Below are positions 1 through 12,594 of a stretch of DNA of 64,000 nt, piece by piece; position 1 is the stretch's first letter; the number at the start of each line of letters is the position of its first letter. A program made the translations under genes and the position numbers. This stretch comes from Octopus vulgaris. Lineage: Eukaryota. The notes beneath the pieces were generated by a model. It was not told the DNA's origin and did no database searches. It was given only the letters and a program-made list of their open reading frames with translations. The stretch spans positions 88,598,001 to 88,662,000 of the forward strand of contig OX597819.1 of NCBI GenBank assembly GCA_951406725.2, read 5' to 3'.

Positions 1-67
1 CGAAGTTTAAAAGTGTTTAGTTAACTAGAAATTGTGTTGAAAACTGCCGTTCAAAAGGAAAAGATCC
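1..67. mobile_element. Right end of a GGATCTTT-family MITE (truncated by window start)
   Basis: Matches the right end of the elements at 12595-13826 and 16797-17212 (cgaagtttaaaa...aactgccgttcaaa...aaaagatcc). Confidence 0.8.
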
Positions 68-99
68 ATAAAGTCTCGTATAAGTTACTCATCTTTTGG

Positions 100-330
100 T
101 GGCGACGACTAAATATGTGGAAAATATCTGCATCTCTTATGTATAAGTCGACTCTTGTTTTTAACTGGTAACAAATGAACGTTTGGCAGTTGAATGATAA
201 GCCTGCAATGAAGATGCACAAAACCATGGACACCCTTGACAACAGCATTAAATTCGACATGGATCTTCCAGCGACACATGGTTTCCTAAATCTGTTCAAT
301 TTCACCGGTGAAATATATATGTAATTTCTT
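100..330 (+). mobile_element. Degenerate Penelope-like reverse transcriptase fragment
   Basis: Plus-strand translation MHKTMDTLDNSIKFDMDLPATHGFLNLFNFT resembles the PLE RT C-terminal motif (LNS...IKFT.E......FLD); stops nearby. Confidence 0.4.
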
Positions 331-939
331 GTAAAGAAATATGTAGAAGATATTGAATATCTGCTGAGCTTAAACATCACCGGAAAGGTCAATAACCTCA
401 CGAAGTGACTCACCTCTGGTTGTGATGCCATAGAACGATTGGTCAACATTTTCTTAAATACTTTCTTATAAACTGTTTTTAACATCTTATTATAATCAAA
501 GAATGTGTATATGTATTTTAATACTTTTGTGACACCCAGTACTAAACACAACAAAGCTTATACAAACCTTTATATTTTACTTTTGACTATCTTTTTTCTA
601 AAAAAGGGAAACCGGTCAAGTGAATAAACATCTTTAAAAATGCATTTTCAAACCTTCTTTCATATATATATATATATATATATATATCCTTCGAAACGTA
701 GAGTAGATGAAACCTTTAGCGACTGAAGAAGGGGTTTTTTCTTTGTGTTAATTGTCCTGTACTCTATTTTTTTGCTGTTTTTAAAAAAATGTCCAATTCC
801 TTTGGTTTGTGTCTATGTTTTCGTTTCTCATTGTGTTCGACGTCCTTTTGGTGTCCTGTACTCATATATGTGTGTATATGTACATGTAGAGGTAGGTACG
901 TACATATATGTTTATATATATGCATATGTTTTATTTATT

Positions 940-941
940 TA

Positions 942-977
<36 letters not shown>

Positions 978-1125
978 TGTATGTGTGTGTGTGTATGTAT
1001 ATGAATGTATGTATGTGTATGTGTGTTTGTGTATGTAAATATATATACATGTGTGTATGTGTGTGTGTGCGTGGGTGTGTTTGTCTATATATGTATGTGC
1101 GCGTGTGTGAGTATACATATAATTA
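940..1125. repeat. Compound (TA)n/(TG)n microsatellite
   Basis: Directly visible dinucleotide runs. Confidence 0.9.
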
Positions 1126-1329
1126 AAAGTGAATACACATGGTCACTTATTTTCCTTTGTTTGTGTTCAGAGACATGAAGCAAATATTTACAAAAAATTT
1201 TGTTTGTTTTTTTCATAAATAGGGTGTTACATATAGATACATCGTTGGCTTGTCATGATTTATTTTCGTTCTGTTCTAGCCATTATTTAGAGTTGTAATG
1301 GTCTTCACATGAATATAAAGAAGCATTAT

Positions 1330-1330
<1 letters not shown>

Positions 1331-1413
<83 letters not shown>

Positions 1414-1438
1414 ATATATATATATATATATATATATA
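1331..1438. repeat. (CTAT)n followed by (TA)n microsatellite
   Basis: Directly visible. Confidence 0.95.
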
Positions 1439-1564
1439 AGTATGTATGTATATATGTATGTGACGGACTTTAAAAAGATTTTTGTCATGCTATCTAAATA
1501 CTGCAAGTCGGCACGAAATTGTTGGCTAATGGCTATAATGGAAGAATAGTCAACGTTAGTAAAA

Positions 1565-1964
1565 TCTTTATATATAAAAGTGAGCTTGTGTGCTGTCTGT
1601 CTCCTACGATTTAGATTACTAACTACTCCCACATTTTGCGGTGCAGTTTAACCAAAACCGGGTATCTTATAGTCGTGATTCATATCGAGCCCTTCTGGGT
1701 ATTAGCACGCGTCTACGATGAGTCTACGATTTAAACAAGAATTTACCATCAATTTTTCCCATTTTTAATGTATTTTTGGCATATATAAGGGAAGTAACTC
1801 TCTAAAAATTTATTATTAAATCTCAGAACGCAAAAAGCTACAGTAACATCCCCCACCCCTTTGTGGTTAGCCATATTGAGATGGCTATTATACTTTACAT
1901 CTCTAAAAATGCTTATATAGTTATTTCCCTTACAAACCCGAGCAACGCCGGGCGATACTGCTAG
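1565..1964 (+). mobile_element. Non-autonomous Helitron
   Basis: Starts TCTTTATATATAAAAG after an A, ends with hairpin cccgagcaacgccggg then CTAG before a T; no TSD; same termini as 48002-48388. Confidence 0.8.
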
Positions 1965-2475
1965 TAAAATATAAATATATAAAATATTTAAATGTTATTT
2001 TATACGCTGTAATATTTGGAAACTGCGTACGAGTTATAAATTAGGTGACATACATTTCATAAATATCCATTCAAACATACGGAATACATAGATAATGTGA
2101 TTAAGCCACAGTTCACTTCTTACATGGAGAGCCTGAAATTAGCACGATTAATTGTGACTGGTTTTTGTTGTTTCATCAGGAGTAACTATTAGTGTTTATC
2201 GGAGAGAGAGAAAGAGAAAGAGGGGGGAAGGTTGATATCTAACAATTTCTTTTCTTAGGTTCCAGGTCAGTAATTAAGGGGCTTAGTTGATTCCATCGAT
2301 GCCAGTATTTGACAGGTATTCTATGTTATCGACCTTGAAAGGATTAAAGATAAAGTTAACCTCGGCAGGATTTGAACTCAGAGTGTAAAGAGCTAGAGCA
2401 AATACTTGGTAGCATTTTTCTGACGCTCTAACTGATCCCGCTCCCAGTTTCAACTAATAAATAATTGTTTCTGAT

Positions 2476-2772
2476 TTAAGCACAATGCCAGCAATTTTGA
2501 GGGAAACAGACCTCAACAGAACCGTATGCCCGTCCCCTTGTGATATATACTATATCCTTCCATATCGAGGACAGGCATTTTTCAATCTTCTCTTTTTCGA
2601 AGTGTTTAAACCTACTGTCTTGTGAACAGAAGGTTTTAAACACTACGGTCCACTTCTCAGTCTCTAACACAGTGGAGGAGGGTGATATCACAACAACACC
2701 TCCCTCCTCCCTCATTCTTTTAAAATATTCCTGTTGCATACCTACAGGAGTATCAATATTTTCGGTTGCCAC
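2476..2772 (-). mobile_element. Truncated ORF1/gag-like N-terminus of a non-LTR retrotransposon
   Basis: YITRGRAYGSVEVCF resembles FISRGIKFATVWLLF of the ORF1-like frame at 3531-4637. Confidence 0.45.
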
Positions 2773-3530
2773 TGCGGCAACCGCCGAAAACTTTTAAAAA
2801 ACAGTGTTGTCACAACTGCCAACAACAACATTGCTCTCCACAAGAGCACATTTTTCATGTATAATTAATGGTTGAAATTAATTTCATGGTTGAAATTAAT
2901 ACAAATATACAAAAAATTAAATTTGTTCCCCACAAAACTGGGAAACCTATAAAAAAAGTTTTTCTCTCAAAGACGACAATAATATTTTTTAATAAAACAG
3001 TCCAAAAAAAAAAAAACTGTAAAACCGGTGAACAAAACAGTTCAACAATGTTCAACAACAAAATCCAATTGGTAATCCAACAATGAAACAACAGCAATAG
3101 CAACAACACAGCAAAAACGCTTACGGAGAGGAAGAAAAACAAGTCAAAACAGCAGTGAGGGAAGCAATCTTCTTTATTTCATATAATTTGCCACAGGGAC
3201 ATTACACAGATGGAAGCTTTGCGGGCTGGACATGGACATTAATGGTATGAATGATGGTGATGCAAAAATGATGATGATGGGAGAAGACGAAAAGTGCCCG
3301 CCGACTTTCGCTTCTCTAAAACATTGTTCTTTTTTTCTTTTTTTTTTAAAAAAACACAATGAGGCAATAAACCTCTTACACAGTTCAAAATTAAAAATAA
3401 AACACAAACACGAGGTAATAATCCTCTCACTTTTTACATTTTTAGTCTCTTTTTGAGGTAATACACCTCTTCAATTTTTCCGCCCGGCCAGGCTCCTCGC
3501 TTCATTGAAGCACCTGGTCCGTTCCGAACT

Positions 3531-4637
3531 TCAAGGTTTCAACATAAATCTGAAGGAATCCTTCGGGAAGGAGTTCGTTATCTTCCATAGATCGTTCTCC
3601 CATAAGACCTCCGCAGCCACCTGCGAAGGCCACTCAGGGTCCTCCGTGTAGGACAGAAGCCCCTCCCACCGGCACTTCCTTTCAATTTTTTGGATTTCAT
3701 TTTGCAAGGTTCCTCCCTTGTGGAAGAGGACCAAAAATTCCTCCTCCAGCAGCACACCCGCCAAAGGAGAATCGGGACACGCCGGCAGCGTGTCACAACC
3801 TGCCGGCAATGTCCCGTTTTTCTTTTTTTCTTCCCTTGGGCTGCGGGAGGGTGGTGTTCCCTTGCTGTGTCCAGTAGGTCCTCCTTTTCTCCCGCAGCTC
3901 TCGGGTTCTTCGGTGGGCAACCATTGTTGCCCACCTTTCGCTTTCGTTTTTTCGAGGAGGTGGAAACCTCCTCGACATCCTCCTCCTTCTCTCCCTCCAT
4001 TGAGGGAGCAGGAAGTGGTTCCTCTGTTAACTGTTCCAGGATCCTCTTTTGTCCTTGGGGCAGTTTTTCTTGATGTTGCCGGTCTCCAGGCACAGGTGAC
4101 ACTTGGAGGGGGGCGTCCCTCGAGCATCACCGGATACCTAGATCCGGCCATCCTCAAAAATTCTGGGAAAACCAGACTTTCGGCTGATTGGGTCCATAGG
4201 GTCAACACAGCTTTTGACCCCTCCCAATCAGCCGCAGGCAAAATTTTTACGTTGAGCAGCTTGGTACTGCTACCACCCAGACCCCGGCGAATAGAGTCCT
4301 CTATCCAATCGGGCCCAACTCCGGGTGGTAAACCGCAGATCCAAGCTTTCAATAATTTCTTTTCACAGTAGCTTGGAAGAAACATTATTTCATTCCCCTC
4401 GAGGGGCCGGCTTGCAAAATCGCAAGCTTCTTTGGGGGAGTCAAATAGCAACCAGACTGTTGCAAATTTGATTCCCCGTGAAATAAATTTAATAGCTGGC
4501 ATGTATTCTGCCAGCTCTTTCAAAATTGTGGCTTTGGGAAGACGGTTATGGTATCGAGCAATTTTGAATAAGTCCTCAACACCACCGTCTTCCTTTCGAG
4601 CTCTTTTAGCCATGATTTGGGAGGTGTTAATTCCCAC
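3531..4637 (-). mobile_element. ORF1/gag-like protein of an L1/Tx1-type non-LTR retrotransposon (frameshifted)
   Basis: RRM-like region (ICGLPP...LEGRPP) followed, after a frameshift near 4105, by a degenerate zinc knuckle KCHLCLETGNIKKNCP (CX2CX4[H>N]X4C); GC-richer than flanks. Confidence 0.65.
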
Positions 4638-6141
4638 ACTAATATTTCCTTTGCCATTTTTTTTTTTAATAAAAAGTTCAAATATAGTTCGTCAATACGT
4701 TTTCAAATAAAGAAAGATACACAAAAAAAGAAAGAAGACACAACAGAAGGGAAGAAAAAATAAAAGTAACAGTTCAAATAAAGTTCTTTTTTTTTTAATA
4801 AATGATAGCTGTGAAAAGAGAGTTCAAATCCAGGCAAAGAAATAAATTTTCGGCCGAAAGGTACTCCTGGCCAATTCTTTTAATCCACGTGGGCACAAAA
4901 ATTTTCAAATACAATTTATCACAATTATGTGAGACAACACACACGTCTCCGCCGCAAGGCAGACAAAAAGCTTCGAATTCAGTAAGGACTCCCTGCCTGT
5001 TCAAAAAATTAAAACCAACAGGCAACAAATCCTACCGGACTCAAAAAGCAAAAAGTCTTACCTTACAGCGTCTTTCAGTTCAACTTTCGCCAGCTGCATG
5101 CCAGCGTGACGACTTTTAACAGGTGCTGTTTTTGTTCTTTTTTCTTTTTAGGACGGAGTTCAGACCGAGGCGTCCTCTTAGTTCAAACAGAAGCAAGCTT
5201 CTTACCACACAGCCATTCCTGCGGGATGATCATTTTTATTGTTCTTATTTTTTTTTTATTTGACAAAAGAAAATTACCATCCGTAAATATGGAAATACCT
5301 AACAGAATTCTCCCTCAGTCTCACTTCTTCCAACTTCTCAGTTTGACTCGGTTTGCTTCTTTTCACCAACGTTGTCAAAGAGTTACGACGTATCTCCCTC
5401 TCTTTTCTTGACGCTTGCCACAGGAGTAACATTCGTCTCTTACATTCTCTACTCGGCAACTTTCAGAGAGGTAAATTCTCTTAGTGTCTCCTTCAGCCGC
5501 GTAGTAGTAAATGACAATGAACACAGGCACCTACACTATGGACAACAGAACTAGCCTTTATATACTAGTTTCAAATTCTGGCACAAGGCCAGAAAATTCA
5601 TGAGATGGGGTAAGTCTATTACATCGACACCAGTTCTCAACAGGTACTTATTTTATCGACCCCGAAGAGATGAAAGTCGAAGTCGACCTCAGTGGAATTT
5701 GAACTCGGAACGTAAAGACGGGCGAAATGCTGCTAAGCATTTTGCCCGGCTTGCTAACGGTTCTGCCAGCTCGACTCTTTAATACCGGTTTCAAATTTTG
5801 GAACAAGGCCAGCGTTTTCGAAAGAGGGGATAAGTCGATTACATCGCCCTCGGAGCTCAACTGGTACTTAATTTTTCGACACCCCAAAAGGGTGAAAGGC
5901 CAAGTCAACCCCCGCGGAATTTGAACGCGGAACGTAAAGATGGACCAAAAACCGTCGGGTATTTTACCCAGCGTACTAACGATTCTGTCAGCTCACTGCC
6001 TTCCAGCCTTTATATGTCAATAACTCGAAGTGGTCTTGCAACAGAAAAACAGCCATTTTAACTTCATTACTTCAGTCATCTAATCCATGGGCACGGGATT
6101 AACTAACATCTTTTCGTTACGTACCTCAGTATCATATAACC

Positions 6142-7268
6142 TGTTACGGTTGGCTAAGTGCATTTCGGGTTTAATTAGTGTAGTGTTTCTGGTGACCCAC
6201 ATCGTGGATATGGTTCCAGTATGTCTGGTGAAAATGTGACAGTCTTTTGTTTAGTGGGAGACTGATGAGTTTTGGAAGGACCTGTGACCTCGTGCGGTTG
6301 AGAAAAGGGTCAGGAGAATGTGAGAGAAGAGGACAGATTAAGGGCTGAGAGCAAATAGAGATAGGGTATAAGCAGTAAGGGACAGATAGAGAGGAAGAGT
6401 CTGGCAGGCGATAGAGATAGGCAGTAAGATCAGATAGCAAATAGAAAGGCTATAAGAGGGAGATGAGGGAGTGGAAGCGAGGACAGAGACGAAGTGAGGT
6501 CTTGGCAGTTGGGAGTTGGTCGTCAGGAAGGACGGATCTGGGGAGTCGTTGAGCGGTCGTCGAGGAACACGGACGGACTCTGGAGGTCAGAGCGAGTGGA
6601 TGGAACCTTGGATTTAGGGAGCAAGCGTTGGAATTCCTGGGAGCGAGCTGGGATGCGAGGAGGCCTAGGAGCAAGCGATTGGAATATGCACAGAGGAGAA
6701 TTAGCAGAGTATTCAGAGGATTTGGCAGGATTGAGAGGAATGGGACACTGGCGATTCAGTTAGGAATCAAGGTATGTGATTTGTGCATTGAACAGTGGAG
6801 AGAAAAAGAAGGACTCTGTCGATGTAGTCGATAAAGAACATTGTGAATTGAGTAAAGGACTTGTTGAATTGTAACGTGAATTGTTGTGATACGAACATTG
6901 TATAATGTATCGAAGTGTTCTGATTGGACTGTGACGTATCGTGAACATTATTTGATCTGGACTTGTTGTGTCGTTACTGAACACTGTTATATTGTTACAT
7001 GCATGCTGTTAAATGCTTTGATGTATCTTGATGTTGATTGTAATTGTCGTATAAACTGTTGTTTGAATATAAGCCAGTGTTGCCAGTTGTTGCCTTGCCT
7101 CTTTGGGTTGTATCTCGGGTTGTGCCTCTGTATCTCTGTGCTGTTGAGGTTGTGGCGGTATCTATCTGTATCTCCTCTCTCCGCCTCTTTGGGTTCCGTG
7201 GCGGAACTTGTGTGTGAGCCGTTCGGGACGAGCGACGACGACGGGCGATTCCGCTCCGTTCCGTAACA
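6142..7268. mobile_element. Solo LTR (Gypsy-like, 1127 bp)
   Basis: Termini TGTTACGG...CCGTAACA (TG...CA, 8-bp inverted ends) flanked by 4-bp TSD AACC (6138-6141 and 7269-7272). Confidence 0.8.
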
Positions 7269-7406
7269 AACCGTTTGATTCTGGTGACTCTAACGTTCAA
7301 ATCGTTATAATTCATTCATTGATAGGGGGAAATGTAATCTGTGGGAAAACCACAGGAAACGCTTATTTTAACTGCTTTATTGCGTACAAGAGTATATGAA
7401 GTATCA

Positions 7407-8389
7407 AAGATCATGTTTTCTTTTTTCTTTAGAAACTGATACTTCAAAGATACAAGATACTGTTTCCCAACACTTCTGAGATTATTTTATTTTGATAAGG
7501 AGCTATAATATGTTACTTGACCTTTAAATTGATAACAATGACTAAATTGGTTTCAACTACTAAACTGGAGACGTCAAGACTAAAGCGGAATGCCTGCACA
7601 CACTGCAGACAATCAAATTATAAACTACAGAAACCATGAAAATATTTATTAAAAATACAATAGGCGCAGGAGTGGTTGTGTGGTAAGTAGCTTGCTTACC
7701 AATTACATGGTTCCGGGTTCAGTCCCACTGCGTGTCACCTTGGGCAAGTATCTTCTACTTTAGCCTCGGGTCGACCAAAGCCTTGTGAGTGGATTTGGTA
7801 GACGGAAACTGAAAGAAGCCCATCGTATATATATATGTGGGGGGGGGTGTCTGTGTTTGGGATCTTTACCTTTTGACCTACAGATTTAAAAAATAAGATC
7901 ATGTTTTCTTTTTTCTTTAGAAACTGATACTTCAAAGATACAAAATACTGTTTCCCAACACTTCTGAGATTATTTTATTTTGATAAGGGGCTACAATATG
8001 TTACTTGACCTTTAAATTGATAACAATGACTAAATTGGTTTCAACTACTAAACTGGAGACGTCAAGACTAAAGCGGAATGCCTGCACACACTGCAGACAA
8101 TAAAATTATAAACTACAGAAACCATGAAAATATTTATTAAAAATACAATAGGCGCAGGAGTGGTTGTGTGGTAAGTAGCTTGCTTACCAATTACATGGTT
8201 CCGGGTTCAGTCCCACTGCGTGTCACCTTGGGCAAGTATCTTCTACTTTAGCCTCGGGTCGACCAAAGCCTTGTGAGTGGATTTGGTAGACGGAAACTGA
8301 AAGAAGCCCATCGTATATATATATGTGGGGGGGGGTTGTGTGTCTGTGTTTGGGATCTTTACCTTTTGACCTACAGATTTAAAAAATAA
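7407..8389. repeat. Tandem duplication, unit about 488 bp
   Basis: 7407-7894 is repeated nearly identically from 7895; unit includes a SINE 5' half and the first ~35 bp of the MITE TIR. Confidence 0.9.
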
Positions 8390-9275
8390 TTTTTTGTAAC
8401 TAAACTCTTTCAAACTTCGGACACTGGTAGAATGTGTCAAATAAAACATCTTTTACTGTTAGCATTTTTGAGAAAAACTTATATTAACGAAGTTATTTCA
8501 CGTTAAAGTTCTCGTATTTCGGTAATTTCAACCAATCAATGACGTGTGTTCAGCTGAATAAAATTACTGCTGTTGTTTTTCAGCAAGAACTTCCGGTGGT
8601 GTATATTTCGTTTGTCACTGTTAATTGTGACAACCCTAATCCTAAAACCTTAACCCAAACCCTAACTCTAAAATCCTAACCCTAACCCTAACACCCTAAC
8701 CCTAAAACCCTAACCCTAAAACCCTAACTCTAAAACCCTAACCCTAAAACCTTAAAACCAGTACAAACGCACGAACGATGTCACAAATAACAGTGACAAA
8801 CGAAAAATACACCGCCGATAGTTGTTGACAAACAACGGCAGTAATTTTATTCAGCTGAACACACGTTATTGATTGGTTGAAATTACCGAAATATGAGAAC
8901 TTTAACGTGAAATAACTTCGTAAATATAAGGTTTTCTCAAAAATGCTAAGAGTAAAAGATGTTTTATATGACACATTCTACCAGTGTCCGAAGTTTGAAA
9001 GTGTTTACTTACAAAAAATCATTTTTTAAATCTGTAGGTCAAAAGGTAAAGATCCTGTGTTTGTAATCCCACCCGCCCGCCCGCCCAACATCGCTTGACA
9101 ACCGATGTTGGTGTGTTTACGTCCCCGTAGCTTAGCGGTTCGGCAAAAGAGACTGATAGAATAAGTACTAGGCTTACAAAGAATAAGTCCTGGGGTCGAT
9201 TTGCTCGATTAAAGTCTGTGCTCCAGCATTGGCCGCAGTCGAATGACTGAAACAAGTAAAAGAGTAAAAGAGAAA
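8149..9275 (+). mobile_element. tRNA-derived SINE (family A, aggcgcaggagtgg...aagagta), split by the MITE at 8353-9055
   Basis: 5' half 8149-8352 and 3' half 9064-9275 join to match the intact copy at 35162-35563. Confidence 0.85.
8353..9055. mobile_element. MITE with ~280-bp TIRs and telomere-like (CCCTAA)n core
   Basis: GGATCTTTACC...GGTAAAGATCC termini, 8-bp TSD TGTGTTTG (8345-8352, 9056-9063), degenerate CCCTAA array at about 8632-8757. Confidence 0.9.
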
Positions 9276-9885
9276 GAGAGTATGGGGCAGGAGCGAGAGG
9301 ATTGGGAATCCTCTCCTCCTAGTAAATCCATATTCTTAAAAAGACGGCAAGAAAAAGACAAGGGGGCGGGAGAAGATTAACACTAAATCTCAGCCTAGTA
9401 CTAGGGTCATGGATTGTGCGTGGATGTAGCACAAGTGAGATAAAGAAGGGATAGATAGGGAGTGTGATGATGAGGAGAAGGATGGATGTGCTGGCAATGA
9501 GCGAGACAAAGATGAAAAGTAAGGGAGAGTATCAGTTTGTGGTTGTAACTGGACGAGTGTAGGGGGTGGTATTGCTGGTGAGTGGGCGTGTGAAGAAGAA
9601 TGTGGTGGAGTGGAGGGAAGTGTCTTCGAGGTTAATCTGGGTTAAGATGAGGTGAGGAGGAGAGATGTATGTTTTTTTTTTTAGTGAAAATGGTCCAGGG
9701 AGTGAAAGGAGTGAGGAAGGAGTAGAGGAGTTCTGGAGGGAACTGACAGAGTGTGCAGATAGGATGGGGAAAAGTGGTTATGTAGTGGTGTTGGGTGATT
9801 TGAATGCACGAGTGAGAAATGAGTAAGTAGAAAATGTAGTAGGAAGATATGGGGTCAGATCACTTCTTAGTACTGGGTAAGTTGA

Positions 9886-10318
9886 CGTTAGCACGCCGGG
9901 CGAAATGCTTAGCGGTATTTCGTCTGCCGCTACGTTCTGAGTTCAAATTCCGCCAAGGTCGACTTTGCCTTTCATCCTTTCGGGGTCGATTAAATAAGTA
10001 CCAGTTACGCACTAGGGTCGATATAATCGACTTAATCCGTTTGTCTGTCCGTGTTTGTCCCCTCTGTGTTTAGCCCCTTGTGGGTAATAAAGAAATAAGA
10101 AACGTTAGCACGCCGGGCGAAATGCTTAGCGGTATTTCGTCTGCCGCTACGTTCTGAGTTCAAATTCCGCCGAGGTCGACTTTGCCTTTCAACCTTTCGG
10201 GGTCGATAAATTAAGTACCAGTTACGCACTGGGATCGATGTAATCGACTTACTACCTTTGTCTATCTGTGTTTGTCCCCTCTGTGTTTAGCCCCTTGTGG
10301 GCAGTAAAGAAATAGGTA
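9886..10318 (+). mobile_element. SINE family B tandem dimer
   Basis: Two units containing gactttgcctttcatcctttcggggtcgat...aagtaccag (Meta-domain-like) and ending aaagaaata. Confidence 0.85.
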
Positions 10319-11054
10319 TGCTCAAAATGGAATGCTAGACGAGTGACAGGGTGGAGGGAGGTTGTGAAAGTGAGTGAACTGGATAGGAGAGAAAAGGAGC
10401 AGGGGTATGTAGAGAAACTGAGAGGTGAATATGAACAGGTTAAGAAACGGGAGGTAGGAGATGTGGAGGAGGAGTAGGAGGCTTTTAGAAAGGCAGTTAT
10501 GAGATGTGCCTCTGAGGTATGTGGTACACGAGTGACTGGAATGGGTGCGAGGAAGGGTAGTGAGTTGTGGAATGAGCAGGTAAGGGATGCGATGGCAGAG
10601 AAGAAAAAGGCCTTTGAAAAGTGGTTGCAGAAAGGAGATGGAGAGGCTTATGATCGCAACAGAGAAGTGAAGAGGACAGTAAAGTAAGTGGTGAGGGTAG
10701 CGAAATGGGAGGCGAGTGAAAGGTTCGGGAAAAAGTTGAGTGAAAATTTTGTAAGAACTCAAAGAAATGTTTTGGAAAGAGGTACAGAGAGTAAGAAAGG
10801 TGGTCGGAGGAAGGGAAGAAGGGGTGAAGGATGTAAATGGAAATTTGTTGAAAGGAAGTGAGGATGTACAAAGGAGATGAGCAGAGTATTTTAGTGAGCT
10901 GTTAAATGTGGAGGATGTTAGGGAGGCAAGTATAGTAGCTGTAGGGGAAGAGAGGAGAATACATGTTGTTGGGGAAAGGAACTATGGCGCAATTGGAAGA
11001 AAGGAGGTGAGAGAATCCCAGCGCAAGATGGTAAACCGGAAGACGCCAGGCTGG

Positions 11055-11686
11055 GCGTAACGCTTAGCGGTATTTCGTCTGCCGTTACGTTGTGAGTTCA
11101 AATATCGCCGAGGTCAACTTTGCCTTTCATCCTTTCGGGGTCGATAAATTAAGCACCAGTTACGCACTGAGGTCGATGTAATCGACTTAATCTGTTTGTC
11201 TGTCCTTGTTTGTCCCCTCTATGTTTAGCCCCTTGTGAGTAATAAAGAAATAGGTATTTCGTCTGCCGAAGGCGGCGAGCTGGCAGAATCGTTAGCACGC
11301 CGGGCGAAATGCTTAGCCGTATTTCGTCTGACGCTACGTTCTGAGATCAAATTCCACCGAGGTCGACTTTGCCTTTCATCCTTTCGGGGTCGATTAAATA
11401 AGTACCAGTTACGCACTGGGGTCGATATAATCGACTTAATCCGTTTGTCTGTCCTTGTTTGTCCTCTCTGAGTTTAGCCCCTTGTGGGTAGTAAAGAAAT
11501 AGGTATTTCGTCTGCCGCTACGTTCTGAGTTCAAATTCCGCCGAGGTCGACTTTGCCTTTCATCCTTTCGGGATCGATTAAATAAGTACCAGTTACGCAC
11601 TGGGGTCGATATAATCGACTTGATCCGTTTGTCTGTCCTTATTTGTCCTCTCTGTGTTTAGCCCCTTGGGTAGTAAAGAAATAGGT
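11055..11686 (+). mobile_element. SINE family B trimer/nested cluster
   Basis: Three units; the middle full-length copy 11269-11501 is flanked by the direct repeat ggtatttcgtctgccg. Confidence 0.85.
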
Positions 11687-12594
11687 ATAGATGAGTGTAC
11701 AGGGGAATGCCTAAAGAAAGGGGGAGTGACAGTGATTGAATGGTCAGTAAGGCTTATGAATGTGTAGTGCCTATATAGTGCCAGTGTAAAAGGGGAAAGG
11801 AGATAAATGTGTGGAAATTTTATGGGCATAAGTCTGTTGTGTGGTTGGTAAACTGTATGGGAGAATTCTGATTGTTAGGGTGAGGAACCAAAGAGTATAC
11901 TAGAAGAGGAGCAGTGTGGTTTTATGAGTAGAAATAGGGTACAGATCAAATATTTGTAGCAAGACAGATGTGTGAGAAGTTTTCGGCAAAAAGGAAGAAC
12001 GTGTATTGGGCCTTTATGGGCATAGATAAGGCATATGACCAAGTGGATAGGAATGCAATGTGGCTGGTGTTGCGGTTGTATGGAGTAGGTGGTAGATCTT
12101 TGAGAGCTGTTCAGAGTTTCTATAGACTATATCTTGTGGCATTTTACAGAAATAAATGTTCCAGAGTGTGAATTACATGGTTCGTACAAAAATAATTTAC
12201 TCCAGAGGTAAGTAGTATTTGAACCCGGTCAAACTAAGGCGTTTGACCCGGTCATAAAAACAAAAACAAAAACAAAAAAAATAGTGTGGTAGATATTAAA
12301 CTACTTCCTCTAAACGAATATGACAAAAAAGTGCGCGCTCGCGAAAGGGGGTGGAGGAGAGGCCTCGGAAAATTCACATCGTGAATTTCCGAAAGCGTCT
12401 GAGGGTCTGACCCGGGCACAAAAACAACAAAAAAATAGTGTAATATATGTAAAAACAACTTGCTCTAAACGAATATGCTCTATAGAAAAATTAATGCGAC
12501 ATGTGCAACCGGTGTCAACTACCATTTATTTTTGTTAATATTTATTCCAGATATTTACTTCGTAAATAAATTAATAGAATTCAATAATTATAAC

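Larger units (their letters stand above)
9283..12125 (+). mobile_element. Degraded RTE-type LINE (AP endonuclease + RT), interrupted by SINEs
   Basis: APE motifs DVLAMSETK, VVLGDLNARV, SDHFLV; RT motifs EEQCGF, DQIF..RQMCEK, AFMGIDKAYDQVDR; stops and frameshifts present. Confidence 0.8.

Noticed and set aside
686-735. Complete hammerhead ribozyme (ccttcGAAACGTAgagtag; CTGAAGA downstream)
   Set aside because: No CUGANGA box or matching stem I upstream of GAAA; at most a partial PLE-derived remnant.
745-1126. Overlapping ORFs rich in Y/I/V/C/M
   Set aside because: Translations of (TA)n/(TG)n microsatellites; the same applies to ORFs at 13087-13629, 25782-26395, 59189-59476 and 61449-61802.
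8632-8757. True telomere or chromosome fusion site
   Set aside because: Short, degenerate, single orientation and enclosed by MITE TIRs with TSD.
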